DNA of 64,000 nt from positions 18,220,711-18,284,710 of the forward strand of contig MU054187.1 in the NCBI GenBank assembly GCA_013239625.1. The letters run 5' to 3'. Each line of letters opens with the position of its first letter. Positions within the stretch are counted from its first letter, which is position 1. This DNA comes from Lama guanicoe (taxonomy: Eukaryota). The translations under genes and the position numbers were made by a program. Positions 39,280 through 51,535 of the stretch are shown one piece after another. Under the pieces are notes generated by a model that saw nothing but the letters and a program-made list of their open reading frames with translations, searched no databases and was not told the origin of the DNA.

Positions 39280-40205
39280 AGTTGTCTTGATAAGAGCCAC
39301 AAAGAGCAAGAAGCATGAATATTATCTCCGTGGGGGAAACCGTGACAACCCTACAAGGGAGAGTACGCTGTGTTCAAGGAGGCATCAGGGTTTGAAAGCA
39401 ACTTTATCCAGATCAACAAAAGAGAAGTGAGCAGTATGCACATCCAAGTGCGAATGGTGACTGGGGGTCACATGCACCTGCCCTGCCTCCCACTCCCTGA
39501 GGTCATGCTGCTGGCCGCACCAGCTGCAAGCTGGGAAAAGAGCCCCCAGGGCAAGGCTGCGAGCCTTAGAAGACCTTGCAGCTGAGCAGGCTGCTTCTGT
39601 GGAAGTCTGCAATGATATCCATTCATGGCCATGAAAAACAGCCGTGCCTCAAGCTTGCCACTGGATGCTCTTTTACCTTCAGTCTTTTGTCCCTTTAGAA
39701 GCACAATATCTCTTCATTAATTGGGAAAAAAACATGTTTACCTCCTGAGCCCAGCAGTGGTGGGTTACACTAGTCCCCAGACCATCCCATCTGGGGCAAT
39801 AATGGCTCTACCTGTGCTTGAGGCACAAACGCCTAGCAGTCCTCTCAAAAACTGGGGGGGAGACAATCTCAGAGTAGTCCGGGGTCTTCCAGGAGCCCCA
39901 GAAGCCCCTCAAGGCCCATTTAACCACAGGATACTAGAGGCTCTGAAAACAGGAAACCCAGCAGGATCGGCTCTTTATTGGAGAACCTCAAAGCCACCAT
40001 ATTGTGCATGATTTGGGGGTGGACATCATGTCAAAGACTGGAAGCAGCATGAGGTCCCATGCAGCCAGCAGAAGGTGACAAGGGACAGAGATCACTAGTA
40101 CCGTGACATCTGAGATCAAGAAGACTTTTGAAGCCCATCAAAAGGAGCCAGAGCATGGGGACCAAGCTATTTCCAGCTCAGCTTCTTTAGTTTTAAATAA
40201 ATAAA
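39280..40205 (+). pseudogene. GARIN4-like: Intronless GARIN/FAM71 family pseudogene (FAM71A/B-like; DUF3699 domain plus C-terminal tail)
   Basis: Frame-corrected reading: YKGEYAVFKEASGFESNFIQINKR-EVSSMHIQVRMVTGG..PCLPLPEVMLLAAPA..KTLQLSRLLLWKSAMISIHGHEKQPCLKLATGCSFYLQ..LFINWEK-VYLLSP, then GSENRKPSRIGSLLENLKA..HDLGVDIMSK..TSTVTSEIKKTFEAH. In-frame TGA at 39343-39345, frameshifts near 39335, 39565, 39672 and 39730; AATAAA at 40196-40201. Confidence 0.9.
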
Positions 40206-40599
40206 GCCCTGGGGTCTCAGAATGGAGTGCTATCTTTTTAAATATTGACATCTTTCATAGCACGGTGGTGACCTCGCAGAGGATTCTGTGACATCACCTC
40301 TGCTTCAGCCTGACACCCCAGCCTTCAGGAGAGCAGAGCCCCACCTCACAGCCATGTTCAACAGGGCCAGTGCAAGGTTCCATCCGCCTCCAGCACTGTC
40401 TGCCTTTGTTTCTCCAGGCCAGGGCTGAAAGCCATCCTGTGGGCTGGGGAGCACCAGGCACCTCCCTCTCCCATTCCTCTTCTTCCCTCTGAAGGCCCCT
40501 GAACATAAAATTAAATCCAGCCCATCAATTAAGCAAAAACAGGATGCATATCCCCTCCAGATATTTAGGGAAGGACGAGGGCACAGCAGCATTTGTTGG

Positions 40600-41085
40600 C
40601 AATCAGAATAGGAAAGGCTTCCATCCAGACTTAGCAATTCCACTTTGAGGTTATGCAACCTGGAGAAAAGACTCTCGCATGTGCGCTTTGCTTTAGGAGA
40701 CAACTGTAAGAATGTTTGTAGCAAAACAGTGTATAAGAGTAAAACATTAGAAATAGCCCAAATTGTCCATCAACCGGAAAACTGATCAAAGATAGCATAC
40801 AGTCGGGTACCGTTATAGTAGTGGCAGCTACGTCGGCATGCGTGAACCTCACTGAGTGTTGGAAGCAAGTCACCTAAAGCATGTGTGTTGTAGTTCCATT
40901 TCCAGAACAGTTCAAAAGCAAGACCATGTTGTTTAGAGCGTATACTTGGCAAAATTAGAGGAACACAACTACGTCTCAGTTGGAAAGGGGAGAATGTCAT
41001 CAGAGTTGTGCATACAAGGGTTTTAATAGTGCTGGGAATTGCCCCTCATAAACAAGGTGGCGGGCATGCAAATATTTTTTAAGCA
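40600..41085 (+). mobile_element. L1ME-class 3' end
   Basis: agacttagcaattccactttgagg...aagaatgtttgtagcaaaac...gcccaaattgtccatcaac...ttccagaacagttcaaaagcaagac. Confidence 0.75.
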
Positions 41086-42460
41086 TTGTCACATTTTGAC
41101 ATTTCTGAAATCAGGAGGACCTTAAGAGATGTAGTTGTCACTGTCATAGAAATCATTATTTTCTTCTAGTAATACTATATTCAAGGTATGTCAAAAACAG
41201 AAGTCTGAAAAAAATTTACAATAAATACAAAATGCAAATTCAGAGGGACAAAAAATGGTGTGTCCGTAGGTCATGGTCTTAGACTTTCATTTAAACTGAA
41301 ACATCTGCTTTTATTCCTCTGAACGTGACACATCTCATATCAAAGAGGTTCATCAAAAGTCTTTCCCAAGTTATTTACAGCCTTAGATAGAGGCTTAAGG
41401 GTAATCTTCAAAGACATTTTTGTGTATTCTTTTGGCACGAGTCGATAAATAAGTAGTTGAAATATTGCTCATAGTTCTATCAGACTTACTAAAAATCTAA
41501 GCTTAATAAAAGAATTCTGAGCAGAGTGATCAAGTATTTACTAGAAAAATGCGAACCTGGTGACATCCAACTGAAGGTCATTTTTTTTTTTTCAGAACAT
41601 CACACACTGCCCGTCAGGTGTAAGTGAATTTCTGTGTTCCTAAGAACCTTCATTTCCTTGGCCACTATCCTACATTACAGTAAAGTTCTCCTATAAAATA
41701 TAAATAAAGCAATTTTATCCAAAGATCCTTTTGCACACCAGGGTTAAAGGAAAAGAAGTAGAAGGGTTTTTCTTTAGCTTCAAGCCAATGTGTTGTTTAA
41801 TGTCAACAAGATAAGCTAAAATCTCATTCCATTTAATACCAATTCAAGTATAAAGACGCACTTTCTGGTGTTTTTAGGTCTGCTTTTCATTTACGGGAGA
41901 GATCCCTGGAGTAGTGGAAAGCAATTCTTCATACATTATTTAAAAAGATTAAAGAGAAGTATAGAATTGGTGAAGAGGGATAAAATTGGGAAAATACAAG
42001 TGGGAGAAAAGAGCCAGAAATGTTCTTTGTCCATAGATGTATAAGAAAAGAAAAAAGACACCAGAGCAAAGCATATTGAAAGCTCGCTGAGAAACACTCA
42101 GCTGAACTGCTGAAATAAACTAAAGAATTAGCTTGATTTTTCATAAAAGAATTGTTGATTTCCATTCAACAATAACCTGGACACAAAGTTGATACTTTCA
42201 TTCGCATGACCTATATCTCTGCACTCCTTAAATACAGTCATGGCAAGTAAACATACAGGTGAGCTGCTTAACTTCAAAATTAACTTGTTTTTAAAATCAC
42301 AGTGGGTATAATTGTGGAAAAAAGGTGTTACCTTCTGTCTATAAGAAGTAGCCTGGTCACCTGCAGAAGGAAGTAATATCACCCGGAAATAAGACAGACA
42401 GACATGCCAGTCACGTCACCAGCCTCGTGTGAGCCTGGAAAAGTCTGAACACCAGATTTT

Positions 42461-42890
42461 TTTTTTAATTGAAGTGTAAGCAATTTACAACGTTGCATTA
42501 GTTTCTGATGTACAGCAAAGTGATTCTGTTATAAATATATATATATTATTTTTCATATTCTTTTCCTTTATAATTTATCATAAGACATTGAATATAGTTC
42601 TCTGTGCTATACAGTAGGACCCTGTTGTTTATCTCTTTTATATGAAGTAGTTTGTATCTGTTAATCCCAAACTCCTAATTTATCATTCCCCCTTCCTTTC
42701 CCCTTCGGTAACCATAAGTTTGTCTTCTATGTCTGTGAGTCTTCTTCTGTTTTGTAAATAAGTTTGTTTGTGTCATTTTTTTCAGATTCCATAGGTAAGT
42801 GGTATCATATGATATTTGTCTTTCTCTGTCTGACATAATTTCACTTAGCATGATCAGCTCCAAATCCATCCATGTTGCTACAAATCTAAC
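42461..42890 (-). mobile_element. Cetartiodactyl/camelid L1 3' end
   Basis: Poly(T) then aattgaagtgtaag...tacagcaaagtgattc...ctgtgctatacagtaggacc...catccatgttgctacaaat; TSD caccagatttt (42450-42460 / 42891-42901). Confidence 0.9.
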
Positions 42891-43744
42891 CACCAGATTT
42901 TATAGAAAGAACTAGCCCACAGTGTAGGAAGAGAGCAGTCATTCAGAATCCAATCCAGCTTCAGCAAAAGGGTTCTCCTACCATCCCGAATCAGAAAGTA
43001 TTTATTTATCTCTTTTCTCAGAGATCACAGCAGTGACTAAGACTCAGCTGGTCTCCGGGTCTCTGTGCCTCCAATCTCTGCTACTACATGCCTCTGCTCA
43101 CTCTCTCTTAGCCGGTTTCCCCTCCTCCACAGTTTCTACTTGGACCTCTCATGTGCTGCCTCCTTTCAGATGTTAAGCCCCATTATAAAACTGCTGCCAA
43201 ATCACTAACTGTATTTCTGCATAAATATAAAGCTTCCATTGGTCAAAGATTCACACGAGGACAACTTATAGGGTTTTAGCCAGGCTATTGACTGACTGCC
43301 CTCACATTCAACGCCCTCTCTTGGTCAGATGAGCCCTGGATGGGGCAATGCTGCATGATGGAGGCTTCCGGCCTTGTGTAGGGGCGACCTTTCAGTGGGA
43401 AATTCTGCATGAGGCTTGGCCTGGTCGGTGGAATAGATACAACATGCACAGCAACTTCCATCACACAATTTCATATCCTAGTATTTTCTGGGGCTCATTA
43501 TACAAAACATTAATCAGTTTTTAAGGCTTAATTCTAGATTAGATTTTTCTTCTTTTACTGTTTTATTCCAGGTCTATTGAACGTCTTTGTCAAATAAAGT
43601 AGTACATTAGGTATTGGACATGAAGGATGGGAAATACAACATTCTAGCAAAAAAAAAAGATATTGAAACAACAAAAACTTGAAAGAAAAAGACAGAGGGA
43701 AAAATGCTGAGCATGGGGGGACAGTGGAGGGTGATAGATGAGAA

Positions 43745-43870
43745 ACACGTTAGAGTCAGGCAGACCTGGGTTCAAATTCTTTGACATTCCCTAGCTGTGG
43801 ATTTTGGATAAATTGCTTAATGTCCCTGACCTTTAGTATCTTTTCTATAAAACAAATATAATAATAGACA
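43745..43870 (+). mobile_element. MIR SINE
   Basis: tagagtcaggcagacctgggttcaaattct...ctagctgtggattttggataaattgcttaa. Confidence 0.8.
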
Positions 43871-44277
43871 GACATCAGCTTGGCACTTGCCACTATGAGA
43901 TCCTGGGCTATCACATTTACGTAGAATTTTAAAATTATGTTTTGTAAAAAGGGGCAAAAATGCCTTAGATCTTGGCCAAGTCCAAAGGGATAATGGGGAA
44001 CTGTTTCAGCAAAACACAAAGACCCTTTCTTTTCTTGGGAAAATATTTTATTACTTGTTACCTACAGCCTATGCCTGTCTGAGATCCAATCAGTGAGCCA
44101 GTACCAGCTCCTCTGTGCCACACGGCGTCCGTCCCCGGTGGTGAATTCGTCAGTCTCTCCTTGCTTACCAACAACTGCAGGGCGCTCAGAACACATGGTT
44201 AGACCTGCAGTCAGTAAGTATTCAGGAGCCATCTGAAGGTGTGCAGAAAAGGCAATATTAAATATCCCATTTACTCA

Positions 44278-44515
44278 TCTACATTTCCTGGCCCTTTTAT
44301 TGGACAAAAACACATTCTAGTTCTGGAGAATTAAATGTGAACAGAAGTGACACACATCACTTCTGGGTTGAGGTAGCAAAAAGTTCACGTGCTTTCTCTC
44401 TGCCTTGGTGACTGGCAAACATCCAGTGGGAATAAATCTTCTTGAAGCTAAGCCACAGCAATTTCAGGCTTAATTTGTTACTGAAAAATAATCTGGCTTC
44501 TAGTGACTCATACAG
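44278..44515 (+). mobile_element. MaLR LTR fragment (MLT1I/J-like)
   Basis: atgtgaacagaagtgacacacatcacttctgggttgagg...gctaagccacagcaatttcaggcttaatttgttactg...tgactcataca. Confidence 0.65.
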
Positions 44516-46369
44516 AGTGGCTTTCAGTACTACAGAAAATTATTAAACTGATCCCAATAAAGATGCTCTTTGAATTCCAGGAGGCAGAGATTATAAATCT
44601 TTTTGTCACCTCACCTAAGAGTACCAGCCTCAGTTCCCTTTTTTAGTTGCTGCAATTCCACGGACAACAGAGGCTGGACCACAGATGGCAAGGCATCCAT
44701 CCACACCAAAATGAAGACAGAAGACAGCGTGCCTCAGCTTCCGCAAACGGTCGAGTTTAATAACACATTAATACTCTTAATGCCAGGTTCCATTTTAGCC
44801 AAAGTAATTGTCCTTTATTTTTATAAGATTACTTTTCTGTGCAGCAGTCCCATAATAATGACGGATAAAAGCTAATGACTGATTAGCTATTAAAAGCTAA
44901 CAATTATGGAGCACTCCCAGTTCTAAGCACTGGGCATATAAGCAGCCCCGTTAGGTTGGTATGTTATCATTTTCATTCTCAAGATCAAGAAGCTGAGGCA
45001 CAGTGATCTCTCATGGTTTGGAAGAGACAAATTGGTTCATGGTTAAGTCAGAAAAGAATTATCTAGCATCTGGTCCACAAAGAAAAACATTTACAAAGTA
45101 GTTGGGATGGTGAAATAGCATAACATACGTGAAGTGCTCTGTAAAAAAATCTCATCCACAGTAAACACACAACAGGTGCTTGCAATGATCATCATTATAC
45201 TGATAATGATGTGTGGGAATGCTACCAAGTCATCCTTGAGCTTCCCAGAGAGAAATCGGTATGATGTCGCCACGTGGGCACTGTGGTCTGTGCTGAACTG
45301 ATACGAACGGATACAATTCCAAAGACAAGAACTAAACCTCCAACCAAGATGAAGGAAAAAGCATCTGAGTAAAAGTGCTAGTAAGTTCTGTGCGAGGTAA
45401 CACTTGGGCAGCTGGTAAATCTACTTCTCGTGTTCTTGTCACTAACTTAAACAATTCGAACTGATAATCACTATAATGATGTTGCTTTTATCTGAAATGA
45501 CAGATAATCATATGGATGGTCCTTGTGAAGGACCGTCTGGTGTCCTGGGCAACGCATACGTTAGTATCAATTCAAAAGCGATGACACGTAAAGTTAGGTT
45601 TTAATTATTTCACTCAGTAACCGGAACTCGCGACTTGTCAATCTTAGAGAACATTAATCCCCTGTCAGTAAAGAAAACGGAAGGCATGAAATTGAGGGAG
45701 GATGCCAGGCAATACACAGGCTAATCAGTGTGATTTTTACAACTTAGATGTATAACACATGGAATGCTCCATGCAGTATCAAATACGTCTGCAAATTCCA
45801 TAGCAGACATGGGAATACCTGAAGGGTCATGGTTTGCTATTCACAGATTATTCTGTGATATTTTGGAAATATTTCATAGACAATGCTTTCCGATACCTTC
45901 TACTTACACAGGTAGTCGGTGTTTCTCTGCCTCGAGCGCCAGCAAAGAAACTAGTCACGGAGCCAGGAGAATAACCAGCAAGACTCGTGCATGTCTGTCT
46001 GATCAGTCTGCTATAATTTTTAAAGGACCCAACTTTTAATATAGTTTTTCTAGGCTACTTGTTATAAAATATATCATGTCATCTTAAGTAAAATGAAGAT
46101 TGTTTTTGAAGTTTTTAAATGTAAAGATACCGTTTTAGTTTTGCACATCAACTGGGTAAGGGAGGGGAAGCAGAAGATCAGTGTGGCATCTGTTTTAATG
46201 CATTTTATTTTTGAGTGTATCATAAGCCTTCTTTTATATTAGTTTATATGTTTCTTCATTTCTTTACTATTATTATCCAAAACCCCTTATAAGAACTGGT
46301 GAGTTAGATCAGAGATCACCAAATGGCCTGATTATTCCATTTTTAAAAATCTCTTATTAAAAAAAAAAC

Positions 46370-47230
46370 ACTAATTGATCATAGTTAGAGAATTCTAGGA
46401 AGACAATCAATCTGAAAACCAATAAAGAGAATGAAGCATTTATCCTGCCTTTCCTGTATGAAATGAGCCTCTGAGTAACAAACAGTGAATTAGAAAAGTG
46501 TGTCTTTAGAAAGTATTACAGCTAACAAGTGAAGAAAAAATGATAGATTTAAATACAACTATTTTGCAAGCCCTAATGAATTAACGGATCTATGCACTGA
46601 TCTTCAGTGACTGCCAATATCACTAAATGAGAGACAACTAGATACTATGTGTGTCCTGATGTAAGTACACAATGTTACCTATGAAGTAGTCTTGCCAAGA
46701 AAGTCAAACCTGAATCTGTAGATCCAACCACCAATTTACAGATAAGCAAGGGACAGAGGAAATTATTAGTTAATATCACAGGTATGTAATCAGCAAAATC
46801 CAGACTATAGGAAATTCTGTAGGACAAATGAACTCATTCCTTCAACAAGTACTTCATAAGTAGAGAAAAGAGACAGGTGAATATACAGAGTAAAAAGACA
46901 ATTGACAGATATATCAAACAATTGCAATGTTATTGTATTCATTCATTCATTCAAACAAACTGAATGTTGAAATCACTTATGAGACAATGAAGAAAATCTA
47001 AACACAATTGTGGTTAATTATAAAATTAGATTTTAATTTTTATGAGTTATAATGATATGCGGTTATTTTTAAAGCATTAATAATTTTAGAGATACCTATA
47101 AAAATATTTTTGTAATTACACAATGTCTAAAATTTGCTTCAAAATAATCTGGGAAATTGGTGAGAATAGAAATGAAATATGATTGGATATAACTATTCTA
47201 CCCACGTTTGTGTGTTTCAAATTTCCAAAG
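46370..47230 (+). mobile_element. L1MC-class 3' UTR
   Basis: aagcatttatcctgcctttcctgtatgaa...ccctaatgaattaacggatcta...acctatgaagtagtcttgccaag; similar to 21.1-22.0 kb. Confidence 0.8.
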
Positions 47231-48304
47231 CTGAAAAACATCTCTCTTTCAAATTTCAGAACTCAGAGTAAATCAGCATGATCACAAAAGTTTGATGGTG
47301 ATCTTGAACCCCAAATCAACTGCCTAAAAGTACGATGAGTTCTTGTCATTTTCCATTATAAATCATAAACAAAAGCACAATTTGGCTTCTATTTTTATTA
47401 TAGCTTCTGGTTTGGGTGTTTTCACAAGAGGAACTTTTCTCACCCAAATTCAGTTTCAAGGGATCTCTGATCTATTTCTCTGTAAACTCAAGCAACAGTT
47501 TGAAAATTAAAGAAAATATACGCAGTACAACAGGAGGGTAGGGGAAGTCTGGCCATGATATTGACAGTCATTTCCTCCTCCTCCCATCACAGACGAGAAC
47601 AATAAATTTACCCTGATGCAGATAACTTTCTATTTTATGTACATAGATAGGAATTTAAATGAGACACAGCCCTAGTGGCAATGAAGAAGCACAGTTGGAT
47701 TTTCACTGACAAAAAGAAAAATTTTATTTAATCAAAAAGTCAACAAGTTTCTTGCATTTACTGCTTACTTATTCTTTTTAGGCAATAATTTTCCATATAC
47801 AACTTCACTCGTTATGTTTGTTCTGTGATTTGTTGGAAATACAAAATAATAAGTTTAGAATAATTTTCATCTGTCAATTCATAATTATATCACCTCAAAC
47901 ATTATAATTCCACAATTTGTGGGGCTTATACACAACAGAAATATATTTTTCACAGTTCTGGAGCCTGGAATAAATGCCACATTTTGAATTTTGATAATTT
48001 GGGTTGTAGGTAGGCTATATTTTACCTCTGTCTAAAAACCTTCCTTTGAGAATCTTTAATTCATTTATTCATTCAATAAATGTATTGAGTGCAGACAATG
48101 CACTAGACATTGTGTTAGCATTTATTAGTAAGTAATAAATAGTTTGTGCTTCTTTGAACTTATGATATAGTTAGAGAGACAATATCCAAACTGACAAAAA
48201 ATGAATGCACAGTTTTAAATTGTGGTAAAAACTCTGAAAGAAATAATTAGAGTTAAGTGATGTATAGTGAATCCACTGACATTTATTCATTAAAAAATGT
48301 GCTT

Positions 48305-50930
48305 TGGGATTTCTGTTTCCAGTCAAGATTGTGTATCAAGGACCAGACTTTTCTTCCCACCTGGGAAAAAAATTAAAAACTTAATTTAAAAAAGGGAAAA
48401 ATATATTATGAAAAGATCATCAGACTAAATAAATTCAGTTACTGTTCATGTCACTCAGCGTTACAACATCATTGCCTGTATTCCTTATGCTGTGCATTAC
48501 ATTCCCATGATATTTATTTTATAACTGGAAATTCATCCCCCTTAATCCCCTTCACCTGTTTCACCTGCCCACCCTGCCGCCTCCCCTCCTGCAACCACCA
48601 GTTTGTTCTCTGTATCTGTGGGTCTGTTTCTGTTTTGTTTTGTATTATAACGCAATAAAAAAATAAGGACAAAATATAAGAAATAGTGGTATTCAAACAT
48701 CAGACAGCAAGAATTCAGGACAGTGGTTTTTGGGAAAGGGGAAACAAATGATGTGAGCCCCGTAATTACTTCAGCGGGCTGCCTGAGACTCTCCCAGCAG
48801 TGGCAGAGGGAGCTGGAACACAAATGGACCCCAGGACTCCCCTCAAGTTGAGAAGTCAGAGCTGAGAGCCTAGAAAGCCAAAGCTGCTCGTGTTCACAGG
48901 GCAGAGCCCTGCAGAGATGAGACCTGCGCGCAGAGAGAGCTCGAGAGATCTGTGAATGGCCCTCTTTGAGTCTTCAGGCAGTACTCATCAGTACATGTGT
49001 CTAAGGTCTGTGGAAGGACGAACGCCTGGGGCTCACCCAAGGCTGGGAATGCTGTATTCTCTACACCAGCTAGGGCAGAAAATCTCATAGTCTCAGGTAG
49101 AAGAGTCATAGGCAATTGTCTTGTACCAATACTCAAAAAAAAAAAAAAAAAGAAGACGTACAATGAAAGCCACACGGTCCCATCTATATATATAAAAGCA
49201 AGCCTTAAAAGGATCAAGCTGTTAAGGAACTTAACTTTGTCCCAGAAAGCTCAAGCGTATTTATAGACTATAAAAATATGCAGCACGCGACAAGGTAAAA
49301 TTTACATTCAATAAAAGGCACACTCTGACACTCAATATAAAAGTTACAAGGCATACAGACAAGCTGCACCATGTGATTCTTCAATGGAAATAGACCCAGA
49401 AATAAGACAGATGATAAAATTAATAGGCCAGGACCTTAAGACAATTATAACTGCATTCCATGCATTCAGAAAACCAGGGGGATGATTGACCATATTAAAC
49501 AGGGAAATAGATGGTCTACTAATGACCCATATCAAACTTGTGAAGATAAAAATATGCCTGAGATGAAAATTACAATGGATGGATTAACAGCATATTAAGA
49601 AAAGATCCGTGAACTTGAAGACATAGCAATAAAAACAATTCAAAATGAAACACAGCGGGGAAAATATACATAAAGCTCCAGAGATGTGGACAGTTTCAAG
49701 TGACCTAACATACATATAAAGAGAGAAGGGAGAGGGGAGACAGAAAAAAAAAAAAAAAGTTTGATGAAATAACGATTGACGGTTTTTCCCTTGTAATTTG
49801 ATGAAAATTATAAACCCACATATCCACAAATATAAAGCCTGAATAAAACTCCAATCAGGGACATTAAAATCCAAACACTTAAAATTACGATAAAGAGAAA
49901 CATCTTAACAGCAGCCCGAAGTAAAAACAGACACCGTTACGTGCAGCGAGCAAAGAGTAATCCCAGGCTTCTTAGCAACTAAGCCAGCCAGCCGACGTGA
50001 AGAAAGACTTTTAAAGTACTGGATTCTTAAAATATCATTAAAAGGAAGTAACACTTCTAGAGATGGAGGAAAAGTTAATGGTTCAGGAGCTAAGGACAGG
50101 ATGGATCAGAGGGATAGCATGAGGGAACCTTTATAGTTACGTGGGATACACATGATAAAGCTGCACAGAACTATGCACTCACACAAGTTCATGTGAAACT
50201 AGTAAAAATACTATCAAGGTGTATGGATTGTATCAATGCCAAGTTCCTGATTTCAATATTGTACTGTAACTATGCAAGATGTTACCTTTAAGAAAACCTG
50301 GGGGAAGGGGATAAAGAACTTCTTTGTACTATTCTTTGCAACTTTCTGCAGTTGATAGTTATTTCTAAGTAAAAGTGTTAAAAAAATAAGAGAACATACA
50401 AAAACTAAAAGAATTCAAATTCAACAGAAGTGCACTACAAAGCAAAGAAAGTCATTTAACAGATAGAAATCTAGATCCACCCAAAGGAATGAAGAGTCCC
50501 AGAAGTAAAACATCTGGGTCAATTTTAGATGTATTTCTTATATTTGCATATTTTTAAATAACTGACTGCTTAAAGGAAAAATAACAACAATCTATTGTGA
50601 GATGTGTGACATGAGTTGCGTATAAAATGTACATTAAAAAAAACCAAAGACCCAGAGGAAGGGAATGTAAATGTATTAAGTTCTATACAGCACATGACAT
50701 AATACAGTATCACTTGAAGAAAAGTTGTGTTCAATTAAAGAAGTGTACTGTAAAATACAAGACATTAATGTTTTAAAAGGAAAGATTGTTTAAAATATGC
50801 CAAAAAGGGAAATTAAAAGTTCTTAACCCAAAATAATGCAAAAGGAAAGGAAGAGGGGAACAGAAGGGACAAATAGAAGGGTGTTAGATTTTTAAACCCC
50901 AAAATAATGGTACTATTAAATATGACAAAA
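48305..50930 (+). mobile_element. Ancient L1M 5' UTR + ORF1 with nested L1 fragments (antisense ~48460-48650; L1MC/MD 3' end ~50055-50390)
   Basis: atttctgtttccagtcaagat...acagggcagag...; ORF1-like gaacttgaagacatagcaataaaaacaattcaaaatgaaacac...aaatttgatgaaaattataaacccaca. Confidence 0.75.
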
Positions 50931-50935
50931 ACACC

Positions 50936-51142
50936 TGGTATGGGTTGAATTGTGTCCCCTAAAGATATGTTGAAGTTCTAACCCTCAGTAGCACAGAATG
51001 TGAACTGATCCAGAAATATGATCATTGCCAATGTAATTAGTAGTCAAGATGAGGTCATACTGAAACACCGCGAGCCCGTAATCCAATACGCTAATATCCT
51101 TATAAGAAGAGGGAAGATGAAGTGAAGACACAGACAGGCAAG
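50936..51142 (+). mobile_element. MaLR LTR 5' half (MLT1B/C-like)
   Basis: tggtatgggttgaattgtgtcccctaaagatatgttgaagttctaaccctcagta...gatgaggtcatactg...ccttataagaagagg. Confidence 0.85.
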
Positions 51143-51147
51143 TAGGG

Positions 51148-51205
51148 ATTTTTTGAGGGGGGAGGTAATTAGGTTTATTTATTTTTTAATGGAGGTACTG
51201 GGGAC
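51148..51205 (-). mobile_element. Truncated Vic-1-type SINE (3' part only)
   Basis: ggggggaggtaattaggtttatttattttttaatggaggtactgggga, then an abrupt switch to L1 sequence. Confidence 0.8.
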
Positions 51206-51535
51206 TCTCATGACAACTTGAATGGGTATCAACATAATCATGCTGAATAGAATAAGCCAGACAAAAAAAATAGTGCAGAAGATATGATCCCATTTGTGTA
51301 CAATTCTAGAAAATGCAAACTAGTCTATAAGAGGAAAACTCAAATCAGTGGCTGACTGGGGACAGGAGGAAGAGGGACAGAAGAATTACAAAAGGGGACA
51401 AGGGAACTTTTCAAGGTAATGGATTGTTCAATCCACACTGTGATGATAGCTTCACAGTTGCATATAAAGGTTAAAATTTATCAAATTGAACACTTTAAAG
51501 AAGTTCAGTCTATACCTCAATAAAGCTGTTTAAAG
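51206..51535 (+). mobile_element. L1ME/MD-class 3' end
   Basis: catgctgaatagaataagccagac...atgatcccatttgtgtacaattctagaaaatgcaaac...ctatacctcaataaagctgtt. Confidence 0.8.
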
